A stretch of 64,000 bases of DNA from positions 80,542 to 144,541 of the forward strand of contig CAWGIZ010000009.1 of assembly GCA_963822835.1 (NCBI GenBank). Direction: 5' to 3'. Made by a program: the position numbers and the translations under genes. Below, piece by piece: positions 12,875-23,383 of this stretch (within the stretch, counting starts at the first letter, position 1; each line of letters opens with the position of its first letter). The stretch is from an uncultured Alphaproteobacteria bacterium (GTDB lineage Bacteria > Pseudomonadota > Alphaproteobacteria > CAVTAV01). The notes under the pieces were generated by a model that ran no database searches, was not told the origin of the DNA, and saw only the letters and a program-made list of their open reading frames with translations.

Positions 12875-13053
12875 AATTTTACGATACCTAAGACCCGCGT
12901 TCGACGGCGGGATCTGCAAGCAATCTGAAGACGAAGCACCGCAGGCGCGCGTTTTTTGCGCGCAGCCTTGATGGCGTCAGCGACGGGCATATATGGTCCG
13001 CGAGACGGCATGAATGACCCTGTACGGCTTACGCACGTGAGGGAAGGCGTCTG

Positions 13054-14447
13054 ATGGAACAAGACGAGCTCGAAAAGCCGGCCGTCGAGGCGCCTGCACC
13101 AAATCCATTGTCGGGCTGGATCGCGAGCTCGTTCGCGAAATCGTCCGGTGCCTCGACGAAAACAATACGGAACATTGCCGCGAGCTGTTGGCCCCGCTTC
13201 ACGCGGCCGACATTGCCGATCTGCTCGAGCAGATCAATTCGGCGGACCGTGAAAAGCTCATCAATTTTCTCGGGCCGGATCTCAAGCCGGAAACCCTGAC
13301 GGAACTGGGCGAGACGGTCCGCGATCAGGTCGTCGATCTGCTGGAGCCGGAACAGCTCGCCGCCGCAGTGACCGAGCTCGATACCGACGACGCCATCTAC
13401 CTTCTTCAGGACCTGGATCATGCCGATCGTGAGAAGGTCCTCACGGAAGTCTCGCCCGAAGAACGGCAAGCGCTGAACGAGGCCCTCGGCTATCCGGAGG
13501 ACAGCGCCGGTCGCCTGATGCAGCAGGATCTGATCGCGGTTCCGGAATTCTGGACCGTGGGTCAGACCATCGACTACATGCGCGAAAGCGACGATCTGCC
13601 GGACGAGTTCTACGAGATCGTCGTGGTGGATCCGGTTCATCATCCGGTCGGCACGATCGCCTTGAACCGGGCGATGCGGGCGAAGCGCGATGTCGTCGTC
13701 GAGGACATCATGGACAAGGATACCACCCTGATCCCGGTCGACATGGATCAGGAAGAGGTCGCCTATCTGTTCCGGCAATACCGCCTCGTATCCGCGCCGG
13801 TCATCGACGCGTCCGGCCGGCTCATCGGCGTGATCATGGGCGACGACGTGGTCGAGGTCGTCCAGGAAGAGGCCGAAGAAGACATCATGTATCTGAGTGG
13901 TGTCCAGGAAAGCGACATTCACAAATCGATCTACCAGACGACCAAGACCCGCTTCACCTGGCTGCTGGTCAATCTGGGCACCGCGGTGCTGGCCTCCGCC
14001 GTCATCGCTCAGTTCGGCGGCGCCATCGAGCGGCTCGTCGCGCTGGCCGCGCTGATGCCGATCGTCGCGTCCATGGGCGGAAACGCAGCGACGCAGACCG
14101 TGGCGGTCGCCGTCCGCGCTATCGCGACGCGCGAGCTGACGCCCACCAACGCGCTCCGCGTCATCAACAAGGAAACCCTGGTCGCCACCGCAAACGGCAT
14201 CGTGCTCGCCATCATCATGGGCGCACTGACCGGGCTCTGGTTTCGCTCGTTCCTGCTCGGCTCCGTGCTGGCGGCGGCGATGGTCATAAACATGTTTGCC
14301 GCCGGGTTGGCCGGAATCCTGATTCCCTTGGCACTTCATAAGCTTAAGATAGATCCAGCCGTGTCATCGACGGTCTTCGTCACGACCGTGACGGATGTCG
14401 TGGGGTTCCTCTCCTTCCTGGGGCTGGCGTCGCTAATCCTATTTTAA
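13054..14447 (+). CDS. mgtE: Magnesium transporter MgtE; one frameshift near 13110-13190
   Basis: N-terminal domain (LHAADIADLLEQ), CBS pair, C-terminal TM domain with MPIVASMGGNAATQTVAVAVRAIATRE. Confidence 0.8.
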
Positions 14448-14471
14448 GGTTAGCGCCAGCATGTAGTCTGT

Positions 14472-15332
14472 GTGCCGATAGACATCGAGGACGCTTTGAC
14501 GGCCGAAATACTGCTCATTGACGACGACGCTCTGCTGCGCAAGCTGTACGACACTGCATTCACCGCTCACGGCCTTACTATGGAGACGGCGCCGAGCGGG
14601 GAACAGGGGCTCGAGCGGCTGAAGAGCGGTCTGCCGAAGCTTGTCGTCCTTGACGTGATGATGCCGCAGATGGATGGCATCGAGACCTGCCGCCGGATTC
14701 GCGAAACCTATTCCGACCCGTTCCCCGTCCTGTTCCTGACCGCGACGGATGCGACCAAGGTCGTGCGCGGCGTTCTCGAGGCGGGCGGCGATGACTTTAT
14801 CGTCAAGGGCAGCCCGCTGTCCGAGGTGCTGGGCCGCGTCCAATTCTGGCTGTCGACCCCGCTCAAGGGGCTTCCCGCGTCGATCCGCCGGTCCGCGTTG
14901 AGCCACGCCGATCATGTTGCCGGGAAGTCCGCGCAGGGCGGTGAATTTGCCGCGAGCTCGAAGGTGCGGCATTCACCCGCCAATGCGAATGAATTCATTG
15001 CCGGCATCATGGCGAAATCCGGGGTCGCCAAGGCGGGCGAGAAGATCCGCGATCAGCAGGTCCACACCCAGATTCTCGGCTATCTGGTCGGCGTCGTCGG
15101 GCATACCACCGGTGTCGGCTTGCGTCAGGCCCTGACATTCTCGGATCGCTATTCGGCCGCGCTCGCGCATCTGGCGCCGGAAACGCGGGCGATGGCGCCG
15201 GAGATCCTGCCGAGGATCGACCTGCTGCTGGAAAACGCGAAGGTCGCCCACGCCGTCAAGCGTGGCCGGGAGGACGCCGAGGTCTGGGAGCGCGAAGGCC
15301 CCCAGCGTCAGCTCGAAGGCCTCAATCTCTGA
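14472..15332 (+). CDS. Response regulator, receiver domain plus ~150-aa C-terminal domain of unknown type
   Basis: ILLIDDDALLRKLYDT...LVVLDVMMPQMDGIETCRRIR...LFLTATDA...FIVKGS are receiver acid pocket, T and K residues. No recognisable HTH, GGDEF or other output domain. Confidence 0.6.
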   Translation: MPIDIEDALTAEILLIDDDALLRKLYDTAFTAHGLTMETAPSGEQGLERLKSGLPKLVVLDVMMPQMDGIETCRRIRETYSDPFPVLFLTATDATKVVRGVLEAGGDDFIVKGSPLSEVLGRVQFWLSTPLKGLPASIRRSALSHADHVAGKSAQGGEFAASSKVRHSPANANEFIAGIMAKSGVAKAGEKIRDQQVHTQILGYLVGVVGHTTGVGLRQALTFSDRYSAALAHLAPETRAMAPEILPRIDLLLENAKVAHAVKRGREDAEVWEREGPQRQLEGLNL

Positions 15333-15486
15333 TCCGTTCGTCCGGTCCGGTCAGAACCACCAGCGGATCGTCGCGCTGAGGGCCTGCGCGGTATAGTTCC
15401 GGTTCCAGTCCCGATCGTAATTGACGGCCAGAGCCCCCCAGTCCGACAGGAATGGGAAGGTCGCCTCGCCGTAATAGGAATTCGGG

Positions 15487-17805
15487 TCAGGCCGGCTCGA
15501 CGAAGCTGTCGATCACCTTCTTGATCCCGGCATCCTTGAAATCGATCTCGAGCTTGTTGCCCTCGATATCGGTGATCATCCCGTAGCCGAATTTCTGGTG
15601 GAAGATCCGTTCGCCGATGGCGAAGCTCGAGGTCGGCTTCGGCCGGTCCGGGACGCGCCGGGCCTTGCCGTCGATCACGGGGGACGCGCCGAACGCGCCC
15701 TGGAGCTTTTGCGCCTGGGCGCGCTTCCAGCCGGGCGAGGTTGCCGCGCGGTCCTCGTTCCAGCCGACGGCATCGAAACTGGACGGCGCCTCGGCGAAGC
15801 GGCTCCAGCCGGCGTTCGGCAGCCCCAGCGGCCCCTCCGGCTTCTCGATATGGTCCTCCGGCAGTTCCTCGATGAAGCGCGACGGGATCGAGGATTGCCA
15901 CTGGTTGTAGATCCGCCGGTTGGCGGCATAGGAGATGAACACCCGCTTCTTGGCGCGCGTCAGGCCGACATAGGCGAGCCGGCGTTCTTCCTCCAGCGCG
16001 GAGAGGCCGCCGTCATCGAGCGCGCGCTGGTGCGGGAAAAGCTGCTCCTCCCAGCCGGGCAGGAATACGGTCTCGAATTCGAGGCCCTTCGCGCCGTGCA
16101 GCGTCATGATGTTGATCTTGTCCTCGGAGGTGTTGTCCTCGTTGTCCATCACGAGGCTGACATGCTCCAGGAATCCGCCGAGATTTTCGAAGGATTCCAT
16201 GCCGCGCACGAGTTCCTTCAGGTTTTCGAGCCGGCCGGGCGCTTCGGGCGATTTGTCGTTCTGCCACATCTCGGTATAGCCGGATTCGTCCAGCACCATC
16301 TCCGTGAGGTCGAGATGGTTCATTTCGTCCGCCGCCCGCCGCCAGCGGTCGAAGGAGTCGATGAGGCGGCGCAGGGTGGAGCGGGCCTGCGGGCGCAAAT
16401 CGTCGGTCTCGGTGACGATCCGGACGGCCTGGGTCAGAGATACGCTCTGCTTCCGTGCGACATCGTGAAGCACACGGATCGAGGCGTCGCCGAGACCGCG
16501 CTTCGGCACGTTGACGATACGCTCGAAGGCGAGATCGTCATCCGGCTGGGCGACGACGCGCAAATAGGCGATGGCGTCGCGGATTTCCTGCCGCTCATAG
16601 AACCTGAGCCCGCCGATGACGCGATAGGGCAGGCCGAGCGTGACGAAGCGCTCTTCGAATTCGCGGGTCTGGAACGAGGCGCGGACCAGAATGGCGGTGT
16701 CGGATAGCCGGTGCCCGTGGCGCTGGAGGTTCTCGATCTCGTCGCCGACCATGCGGGCTTCTTCCGCGCCGTCCCAGACGCCGCGCACGACCACGGGTTC
16801 GCCGTCGTCGCCTTCCGTCCAGAGCGTCTTGCCGAGGCGGCTCTGATTGGCGGCAATCAGCCCCGAGGCCGCGCCGAGAATATTCGGCGTCGAGCGGTAA
16901 TTGCGCTCCAGCCGGATGATCTTCGCGCCCGGAAAGTCGCGCTCGAAGCGCAGGATGTTGCCGACTTCCGCGCCGCGCCAGCCATAGATCGACTGGTCGT
17001 CGTCGCCGACGCAGCAGATATTGTGGTGCTTCTGCGCGAGGAGCCGCAGCCAGAGATACTGCGCGACATTGGTGTCCTGATACTCGTCCACCATGATGTA
17101 TTTGAACCGGCGCTGGTAATCGGCCAGCACGTCGGGATGCTTGGTGAAGAGCGTCAGGCAGAGCAGCAGGAGGTCGCCGAAATCGGTGGCATTCAAGGCC
17201 TTCAGGCGTTCCTGATAGGCGAAATAGAGCGCTTTTCCCCGGCCGTCGGCGAATTCGTAGGAGTCCTTGTCGGCCAGCCGGTCCGGCGTCAGGCCACGGT
17301 TCTTCCAGCCGTCGATCACACCGGCGAGCATCCGGGCGGGCCAGCGCTTTTCATCCAGATTCGCGGCGTCGATGACCTGCTTCAGGAGCCGGATCTGGTC
17401 GTCCATGTCGAGAATCGTGAAATTCGGCTTGAGACCGACCAGCTCTGCGTGCCGCCGCAGGATCTTCGCGCCCACCGCATGGAAGGTTCCGAGCCAGGGC
17501 ATGCCCTCGACCGTGCTGCCGACCAGCCGGCCGACCCGATCTTGCATCTCCCGGGCGGCCTTGTTAGTGAACGTTACGGCCAGGATCTGGCTCGGCCAGG
17601 CGCGGCCGGTCGCCAACAGGTGAGCGAGGCGCGTGGTGAGCACCCGGGTCTTTCCCGTGCCCGCGCCGGCGAGCACGAGCACCGGGCCATCGGTCGCCTC
17701 GACGGCCTCGCGCTGCTCCGCATTCAGGCCATCGAGATAGGAAGCCCTTGCCTGGGGCCGATCGTTTTGCTCGGCCAGGCTGTTGATATCGAACGGATCG
17801 GACAT
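15487..17805 (-). CDS. UvrD/Rep/PcrA-family ATP-dependent DNA helicase, intact
   Basis: Walker A LAGAGTGKTRVLTTRLAHLL, DExQ IMVDEYQDTN, helicase motifs through VTLMTLHGAKGLEFETVFL. Probable start at MSDPFD (17805). Confidence 0.85.
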   Translation of the reverse strand: MSDPFDINSLAEQNDRPQARASYLDGLNAEQREAVEATDGPVLVLAGAGTGKTRVLTTRLAHLLATGRAWPSQILAVTFTNKAAREMQDRVGRLVGSTVEGMPWLGTFHAVGAKILRRHAELVGLKPNFTILDMDDQIRLLKQVIDAANLDEKRWPARMLAGVIDGWKNRGLTPDRLADKDSYEFADGRGKALYFAYQERLKALNATDFGDLLLLCLTLFTKHPDVLADYQRRFKYIMVDEYQDTNVAQYLWLRLLAQKHHNICCVGDDDQSIYGWRGAEVGNILRFERDFPGAKIIRLERNYRSTPNILGAASGLIAANQSRLGKTLWTEGDDGEPVVVRGVWDGAEEARMVGDEIENLQRHGHRLSDTAILVRASFQTREFEERFVTLGLPYRVIGGLRFYERQEIRDAIAYLRVVAQPDDDLAFERIVNVPKRGLGDASIRVLHDVARKQSVSLTQAVRIVTETDDLRPQARSTLRRLIDSFDRWRRAADEMNHLDLTEMVLDESGYTEMWQNDKSPEAPGRLENLKELVRGMESFENLGGFLEHVSLVMDNEDNTSEDKINIMTLHGAKGLEFETVFLPGWEEQLFPHQRALDDGGLSALEEERRLAYVGLTRAKKRVFISYAANRRIYNQWQSSIPSRFIEELPEDHIEKPEGPLGLPNAGWSRFAEAPSSFDAVGWNEDRAATSPGWKRAQAQKLQGAFGASPVIDGKARRVPDRPKPTSSFAIGERIFHQKFGYGMITDIEGNKLEIDFKDAGIKKVIDSFVEPA

Positions 17806-18084
17806 GCCCCCATATATAGCATGGCGGATCGAATTGAGGAGCGGCCATAACACGCCAATGGCCGATCCCGCTGCCCATCCGGCGCCGCGTGTCATCTCGT
17901 GTTAATGGGCCTTTCAGGGGAAATTCAGGACGAAGGTCCACGACGGGCCCTAGAATTCGGTGTCCAAGGATTCCGTCGCCCACAAATTCCGCGTTCAGGC
18001 GCCAAACATCTCGCAAATGCCCCGAAGGGACCGGTATTGTCCCCGACGAGCGGTGAAACCAGCACCAACCAGTGAAAGAAGACG

Positions 18085-19137
18085 ATGATTTCAATACGTC
18101 CCCGATCGTTTCTGCTTCTGGCCGCGATGGCCGCCGGTCTCGCAGGCTGCGGCCAGAATGCCGAAAAGGCGGCCGCGCCCGCCTCCTACCGGGTCTATGC
18201 CACGAATGAGCGCTCCGGCGACCTGACGATCATCGACGGCACGTCCCTGACGGCGGTCGGTACCGTCCCGCTCGGCAAGCGGCCGCGCGGCATCCAGGCC
18301 GGTCCGCACGGCAAGAAGCTCTATATCGCGCTCAGCGGCTCGCCCATCGCGGGACCGGGCGTCGACGAGAACGCCCTGCCGCCCGCCGACAAGAGCGCCG
18401 ACGGCATCGGCGTGTTCGATATCGCCGAGGGCAAGATCACCCGCGTCATCACCGGCGTGTCGGATCCCGAAAAGCTCGCGGTCGGCAAGGACGGCAAGCT
18501 CTACATCACCAGCGAGGACACCGGCATGCTGGTGATCGTCGAGGCCGATTCCGGCAAGCAGCTTGCGAGCATTCCGGTAGGCGAGGAGCCCGAGGGCATC
18601 GATCTGACGCCGGACGGACGCTTCGCCTATGTGACGTCCGAGTCGGACAACACGGTTGCGATCGTGGATACCGAGGCCGAGACCGTGGTGAAGCGCATCT
18701 CGGTCGGCGAACGGCCGCGTAATACCGCCTTTTCGCCGAACGGGCTCAAGGCCTATGTGCCGGGCGAATCCGACGGGACCGTCACCGTCATCGACACCAA
18801 TCGTCAGGTCGTGCTGCGCACCATGAGCCTAAAGGACGACAACTTCCGGCCGATGGATATCGTCGTTTCGCCCGACGGGCAGACGGTCTATGTCACGACC
18901 GGCCGGGGCGGCACGGTCACGGCGCTCGACGGCGAGACGCTCGCGGTCAAAGCGTCGGTCGAGGTCGGAAAGCGTCCCTGGGGTCTCGCGATGAGCCCCG
19001 ACGGCAAGTATCTGTTCACGGCCAATGGCCCGTCCAACGATGTCTCGGTGGTCAGCACGGCCGATATGAAGGTTGTCGCCAGGGTAAAGGCCGGCACGGG
19101 GCCGTGGGGCGTCGCCATCGTCCCGACGAGCGAATAG
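18085..19137 (+). CDS. YVTN-family beta-propeller repeat lipoprotein
   Basis: Signal peptide with lipobox LAGCG; 7-8 repeats of the ~40-aa pattern (G..P.G...SPDG..YVTN..S..VSVID). Confidence 0.6.
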   Translation: MISIRPRSFLLLAAMAAGLAGCGQNAEKAAAPASYRVYATNERSGDLTIIDGTSLTAVGTVPLGKRPRGIQAGPHGKKLYIALSGSPIAGPGVDENALPPADKSADGIGVFDIAEGKITRVITGVSDPEKLAVGKDGKLYITSEDTGMLVIVEADSGKQLASIPVGEEPEGIDLTPDGRFAYVTSESDNTVAIVDTEAETVVKRISVGERPRNTAFSPNGLKAYVPGESDGTVTVIDTNRQVVLRTMSLKDDNFRPMDIVVSPDGQTVYVTTGRGGTVTALDGETLAVKASVEVGKRPWGLAMSPDGKYLFTANGPSNDVSVVSTADMKVVARVKAGTGPWGVAIVPTSE

Positions 19138-19144
19138 GACGTCG

Positions 19145-19981
19145 CTAGTCGTCGAACAGCGCTACGGCCCGGATATCGACGCTTGCCCGCGCGGCCCCGC
19201 TGGGCGTCGTCGAGGGGTCGTCGAACGCGGTGTGAAAGACCTGCTCGGCCCGCCGCCCGTCCGAATCGCACATCTTGAAGATCAGCGCCTCGTCGCGGTG
19301 CATGTTCGAGAAATAACCCCAGCGATGGCCCGGATTGTGGCGCAGGAAGCCGCCTTCCCAGGTGCCGGTCCCGCCTCTGGGCCGGGCGACGGCGATATCC
19401 GCCGGAATCAGATCGTCGCGCTCGATGCTCGTGGCGTCGCACACGGCCAGCGGAACGTCCTGCGGCGGCTCGGAAATCGCCCGCCAGACATTGAAGCCCG
19501 CGATCCGGCGGCCGCGCGCATAGCGGAGCTCCTCGGGCGTCAGCAGGGACGAAACGAAGAGCGGTCCCGAATTGGGCGTGCAATGGCAATGGATCATGCG
19601 AACCGGCTCGCCGGATTTTCCGGCCGGCGTGTCGGGAGCGGCGGCGCCGGAGCGCACATGCACGGTCTCGGACACGACGACCCTGGACGCCCCGGTAATC
19701 GCCTTCAGCATGAGGGCCACTTCCGCCCGGTAGAGGCGGGCGATCTGATCGGGATCGTGAAAGTCCGTGACGGTGGTCGAATGGGGAACGAGAACGAAGC
19801 CTTCGCGGTCGAGCGACAGCATGTCCTGGACGGGCCGCATGTCGCGAATCGAGATCCGGCGGTCTTCGAGATCGAGATTGGTGCGGGAGGCATCGGCCGG
19901 ATCGAATGTCGGCCGTTCCGCCATCGGGCGTAAATATTTGACCTGCGCCTCGACGGCGCGGTCACGCACACTCGCCAACAT
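19145..19981 (-). CDS. Conserved hypothetical protein (278 aa)
   Basis: Intact ORF with coding-like composition; no motif I can assign with confidence. Confidence 0.35.
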   Translation of the reverse strand: MLASVRDRAVEAQVKYLRPMAERPTFDPADASRTNLDLEDRRISIRDMRPVQDMLSLDREGFVLVPHSTTVTDFHDPDQIARLYRAEVALMLKAITGASRVVVSETVHVRSGAAAPDTPAGKSGEPVRMIHCHCTPNSGPLFVSSLLTPEELRYARGRRIAGFNVWRAISEPPQDVPLAVCDATSIERDDLIPADIAVARPRGGTGTWEGGFLRHNPGHRWGYFSNMHRDEALIFKMCDSDGRRAEQVFHTAFDDPSTTPSGAARASVDIRAVALFDD

Positions 19982-20032
19982 GGCGTCCCCCCACTCGTAC
20001 TTTTACTGCAGCGTCCTATAGCCTTTTCGCGG

Positions 20033-20545
20033 CTAATTGCACTGGCTGACAGAACCTTGGGCGCAGACCGTCGTGCCGTCAACCCAGGTGGCGCCGGAGA
20101 GATCCGCTTCAAGGAAATCCGCGCCGTCCAGCCGGGCGTCCGTGAAGTCGGCGCCCTTGAGATTGGCCCGGTAGAACTTCGCGCGGTCGATTCGGGCGCC
20201 GCGGAACGAGGCGCCGTGAAGGTCGGCGGAGGTAAAGTCGGATTCGGTGAGCTGGGCGTTGCTGAAGTCCGCTCCCGCGGCCGACGCGCTGACGAATTTC
20301 GCCCGCCGTCCGTCCGCGTTGGAAAGATTGGCGCCGGTCAGATCCGTGCGCTCGAACCGCCCGTCCCGAATTGTCGCGCCCGCGAGGTTCGCGTGAGCGA
20401 ATTGCCGGCTGTCGTTGCGGCAGCGCTGCCAGTTGACGCCGGGGCGCGGCGGATCGGTGCAGGCGGCTTCCGCCGCGACGCTGACGAGGGTGCTGCCGAT
20501 GACGGTGGCGGCCAGGATGACCAGCGCGACGCGCGGGAACCGCAT
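20033..20545 (-). CDS. Secreted pentapeptide-repeat protein
   Basis: Signal peptide MRFPRVALVILAATVIGSTLVSVAAEA followed by A(D/N)LxGA-type pentapeptide repeats (ANLAGATIRDGRFERTDLTGANLSNADGRRAKF...). Confidence 0.7.
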   Translation of the reverse strand: MRFPRVALVILAATVIGSTLVSVAAEAACTDPPRPGVNWQRCRNDSRQFAHANLAGATIRDGRFERTDLTGANLSNADGRRAKFVSASAAGADFSNAQLTESDFTSADLHGASFRGARIDRAKFYRANLKGADFTDARLDGADFLEADLSGATWVDGTTVCAQGSVSQCN

Positions 20546-20548
20546 CGC

Positions 20549-21049
20549 CTAGGCGACCCCGCGCCGGGCCTTGCGTCGAATACCGATCGCGCGGTCGAGT
20601 TCCGCTGGGCGGGGAAGGGTGCTGTGCGCCGTCTGCAAGGCGGTGAGCTTGCGGTAGACCTGCGGCGGCAGGGCGCTCGAATGGCGCGTCTTCAGATCGA
20701 CATGGGTGACGATCTGCTCGGCGGTGGCCATGAGCGTGTTCTTCTCGGCGTGGAACATGCGTTCGAAGAAGTGGATGCGCTTTTCATCGAGATCGAGAAG
20801 CTGGAGCGTCACCCGGATCGGATCGTCGACCAGCACTTCGCGCTGAAAGGTCAGGCGGCACTCCAGCGCGAACAGGGAGTTACCCGTCTTGTCGCGATAG
20901 CCAGTGCCCAGGCCCACCATGTCGTTGAAGTGATCGACCGCGATATCGAATACCGTCAGGTAATAGGCCACGTTCATATGGCCGTTGTAATCGATCCACT
21001 CCGGTTTGATCCGGGTTTCCAGAATTGTAATCGGCTGATCGTTCTTCAT
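20549..21049 (-). CDS. Acyl-CoA thioesterase (hotdog fold, YbgC/4HBT-like)
   Basis: YNGHMNVAYYLTVFD...LECRLTFQREV hotdog active-site region. Confidence 0.6.
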   Translation of the reverse strand: MKNDQPITILETRIKPEWIDYNGHMNVAYYLTVFDIAVDHFNDMVGLGTGYRDKTGNSLFALECRLTFQREVLVDDPIRVTLQLLDLDEKRIHFFERMFHAEKNTLMATAEQIVTHVDLKTRHSSALPPQVYRKLTALQTAHSTLPRPAELDRAIGIRRKARRGVA

Positions 21050-21190
21050 GCTCTGGCACTATAGCCGCTTGGAAGGCGGGCGGCCAAGCCACGCTGCAGG
21101 GCTCCGGGCTTCGATTTGCCCCGCCAACAGTTGCAGCTTGCGGCCCCCCAGCCTAAACTCGCGGAAAATCAAGTAATAGAGGGTGGGATC

Positions 21191-22590
21191 ATGGCCGCGC
21201 AGCCGCAGGAAATCAATCTCGTCGTAGACGAACTCCGGAAATTGGTCGGAGACCGGGTGACGACCGCCAAGGGCGTGCTCGATCAGCACGGCCAGGACGT
21301 GTTCTCGACCAAATGCGTGCCGCCGGACGCCGTGGTCTTCGCCGAATCGACCGAGGAAGTCTCGGAAATCGTCAAGATCTGCAACCGGCACTATGTCCCG
21401 CTCATCCCCTTCGGTACGGGAACGGCGCTGGAAGGCCATTTCATGGCCATCAACGGCGGCGTGAGCCTGGATATGAGCCGGATGAACCAGGTCCTCAGGG
21501 TGAGCCCGGAGGACATGGACGTCACGGTCCAGGCCGGCGTCACGCGCAAGCAGCTCAACGAATACATCAAGAACGACGGGCTGTTCTTCCCGATCGATCC
21601 GGGCGCCGACGCTTCGATCGGCGGCATGAGTTCGACCCGCGCTTCCGGCACCAACGCGGTGCGCTACGGCACCATGCGCGAGAACGTGCTGAGCCTGAAG
21701 GTCGTGCTGCCGGACGGGCGGATCATCCGCACGGCGCGCCGCGCCCGTAAATCGTCGGCCGGCTACGACATCACCAAGTTGTTCGTCGGCGCGGAGGGCA
21801 CGCTCGGTGTGATCACCGAGGTCACCTTGCGCCTGCACGGCATCCCCGAGGCGATCTCGGCGGCGATCTGCTCCTTCGAAACGCTGAAGGGCGCCGTGGA
21901 CACGGTCATCCAGACCATCCAGATGGGCATTCCCATGGCCCGGATCGAGCTTCTGGACGAGGTTCAGGTCGATTCGGTGAACAAGTATTCGAAGCTCGGT
22001 CTGCCGGCCAAGCCCCTGTTAATGCTGGAGTTTCATGGCACCGAGGCGGGCGTTAAGGAGCAGGCCCAGACTTTCAAGATGATCGCCGAGGAGAACGGCG
22101 GCAGCGACTTTGACTGGAAGACGAGGCCGGAGGACCGAAACGAGCTTTGGAAGGCCCGGCACGAAGCGGCGTTCGCCAATCTGGCCTATCGCCCCGGCTG
22201 CATGGCCTACACGGCGGATGTCTGCGTGCCGATCTCCCGGCTGACGGACTGCATCGTCGAGACCAAGAAGGACATTCAGGAGTTCCTGGCTCACCTCGCC
22301 GATGATCGGCCATGTCGGCGACGGCAATTTCCACGTCAGCTTCCTGATCATGATGGGCGACGAGAAGGAGCTGGCGGAAGCCAAGCGCCTGAATTCACGC
22401 CTCGTTTCGCGGGCCATTCAGATGGACGGCACCTGCTCCGGCGAGCACGGCATCGGCATCAACAAGAAGCCCTATATGGCCGAGGAGCACGGCGATACCG
22501 TCGATGTCATGCGGATGATCAAGAAGTGATTGATCCGCACAACATCATGAATCCGGGCAAGATCTTCGATCTTTATGCGGAAAAGGGGCC
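21191..22590 (+). CDS. FAD-linked oxidase (GlcD / D-lactate dehydrogenase-like); 2 frameshifts near 22300 and 22525; 3' end approximate
   Basis: FAD-binding PCMH domain (VPLIPFGTGTALEGH), C-terminal GHVGDGNFHVSF and SGEHGIG...NPGKIF in shifted frames. Confidence 0.7.
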
Positions 22591-22610
22591 GCACTTCCGG
22601 GCGCGGCCCC
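22585..22610 (-). terminator. Rho-independent terminator hairpin between convergent genes
   Basis: GGGGCCGC-loop-GCGGCCCC stem; on the minus strand it is followed by TTTTCC just after the 22619 stop of the DUF4399 gene. Confidence 0.5.
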
Positions 22611-22618
22611 GAATTGCC

Positions 22619-23035
22619 CTATTTCACCGTGATGGTGATCTGCTTCGAATAGACAGGCGGGTTGTGCGGCACGTGCTGGTAGTCCGCCAGCAGGAGTTGC
22701 AGCGTGTGCTTGCCGGGCGGGAGCGTGACCATCGTCTCGGTCTGGCCGCCGCCGAAATGCTTGTGGTGCTCGTCGTTCGGGATCGGCTGATCGAGCGGCG
22801 GGAGCGGCGCATCGATGATCAGGTGGTGATGGCCGGTCTTTTCATGCTCGACACCCGCCGGGGCAACGCCCATGCCGGACAGCCCGAACTCGACCTTGAA
22901 GGGGCTCGAGACGGTCGCGCCGTCCATCGGCTCGATGAAGTAAACCTTTGCGTCTTTTGGGGAATCCGTGGCCGAAGCGACGCCGGCGATGCTGAGCATG
23001 GCGGCGGCAATCACGGCTAAAGGCATGAATTTCAT
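22619..23035 (-). CDS. Secreted DUF4399-like protein
   Basis: Signal peptide MKFMPLAVIAAAMLSIAGVASA; His-rich EHEKTGHHHLIID. Confidence 0.5.
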   Translation of the reverse strand: MKFMPLAVIAAAMLSIAGVASATDSPKDAKVYFIEPMDGATVSSPFKVEFGLSGMGVAPAGVEHEKTGHHHLIIDAPLPPLDQPIPNDEHHKHFGGGQTETMVTLPPGKHTLQLLLADYQHVPHNPPVYSKQITITVK

Positions 23036-23383
23036 TTAATTGCTCTCCCTTCTTGTGACATCGCCGAACAATCTAGACCGAAATGGTCCGATTTCAAAAT
23101 CACGGTGATATGAAGTGGTTTCGCACATGATGCGGTGCGACGACGGCGCCGATTTATCCATCGGCAATCGTGTGATATTGCCGTTTCTAGGCCACAATTC
23201 CTTGGCATCACCGTCGTAATTGGAATCGCTTCCTTTCCGGTACTTGTCCGGATCGGGGCCGTTCCATTGAAATGCCGGGCGGGACGTGGCTAAGTTAGTA
23301 CGCTGTTAAGCGCCGTTCACCATCATCTGCCGGTGTTGGAAAGGCCTGAAAGCGAGCGATACGGGGCCGTAAGGAGAGATTGA

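Noticed and set aside
12930-12960. GCGCGC-GTTTTTT-GCGCGC hairpin after tRNA-Leu
   Set aside because: The T-run lies in the loop rather than 3' of the stem, so it is not a convincing intrinsic terminator on either strand.
12696-12971. 91-aa plus-strand ORF downstream of the FkbH-like gene
   Set aside because: It overlaps the tRNA-Leu gene and has no coding signal.
13029-17850. Long antisense ORFs (13029-14339 minus, 15598-16707 plus, 16711-17850 plus)
   Set aside because: They are opposite mgtE and the UvrD helicase. They have Arg/Ala/Gly-rich low-complexity translation typical of high-GC antisense frames and no conserved motifs.
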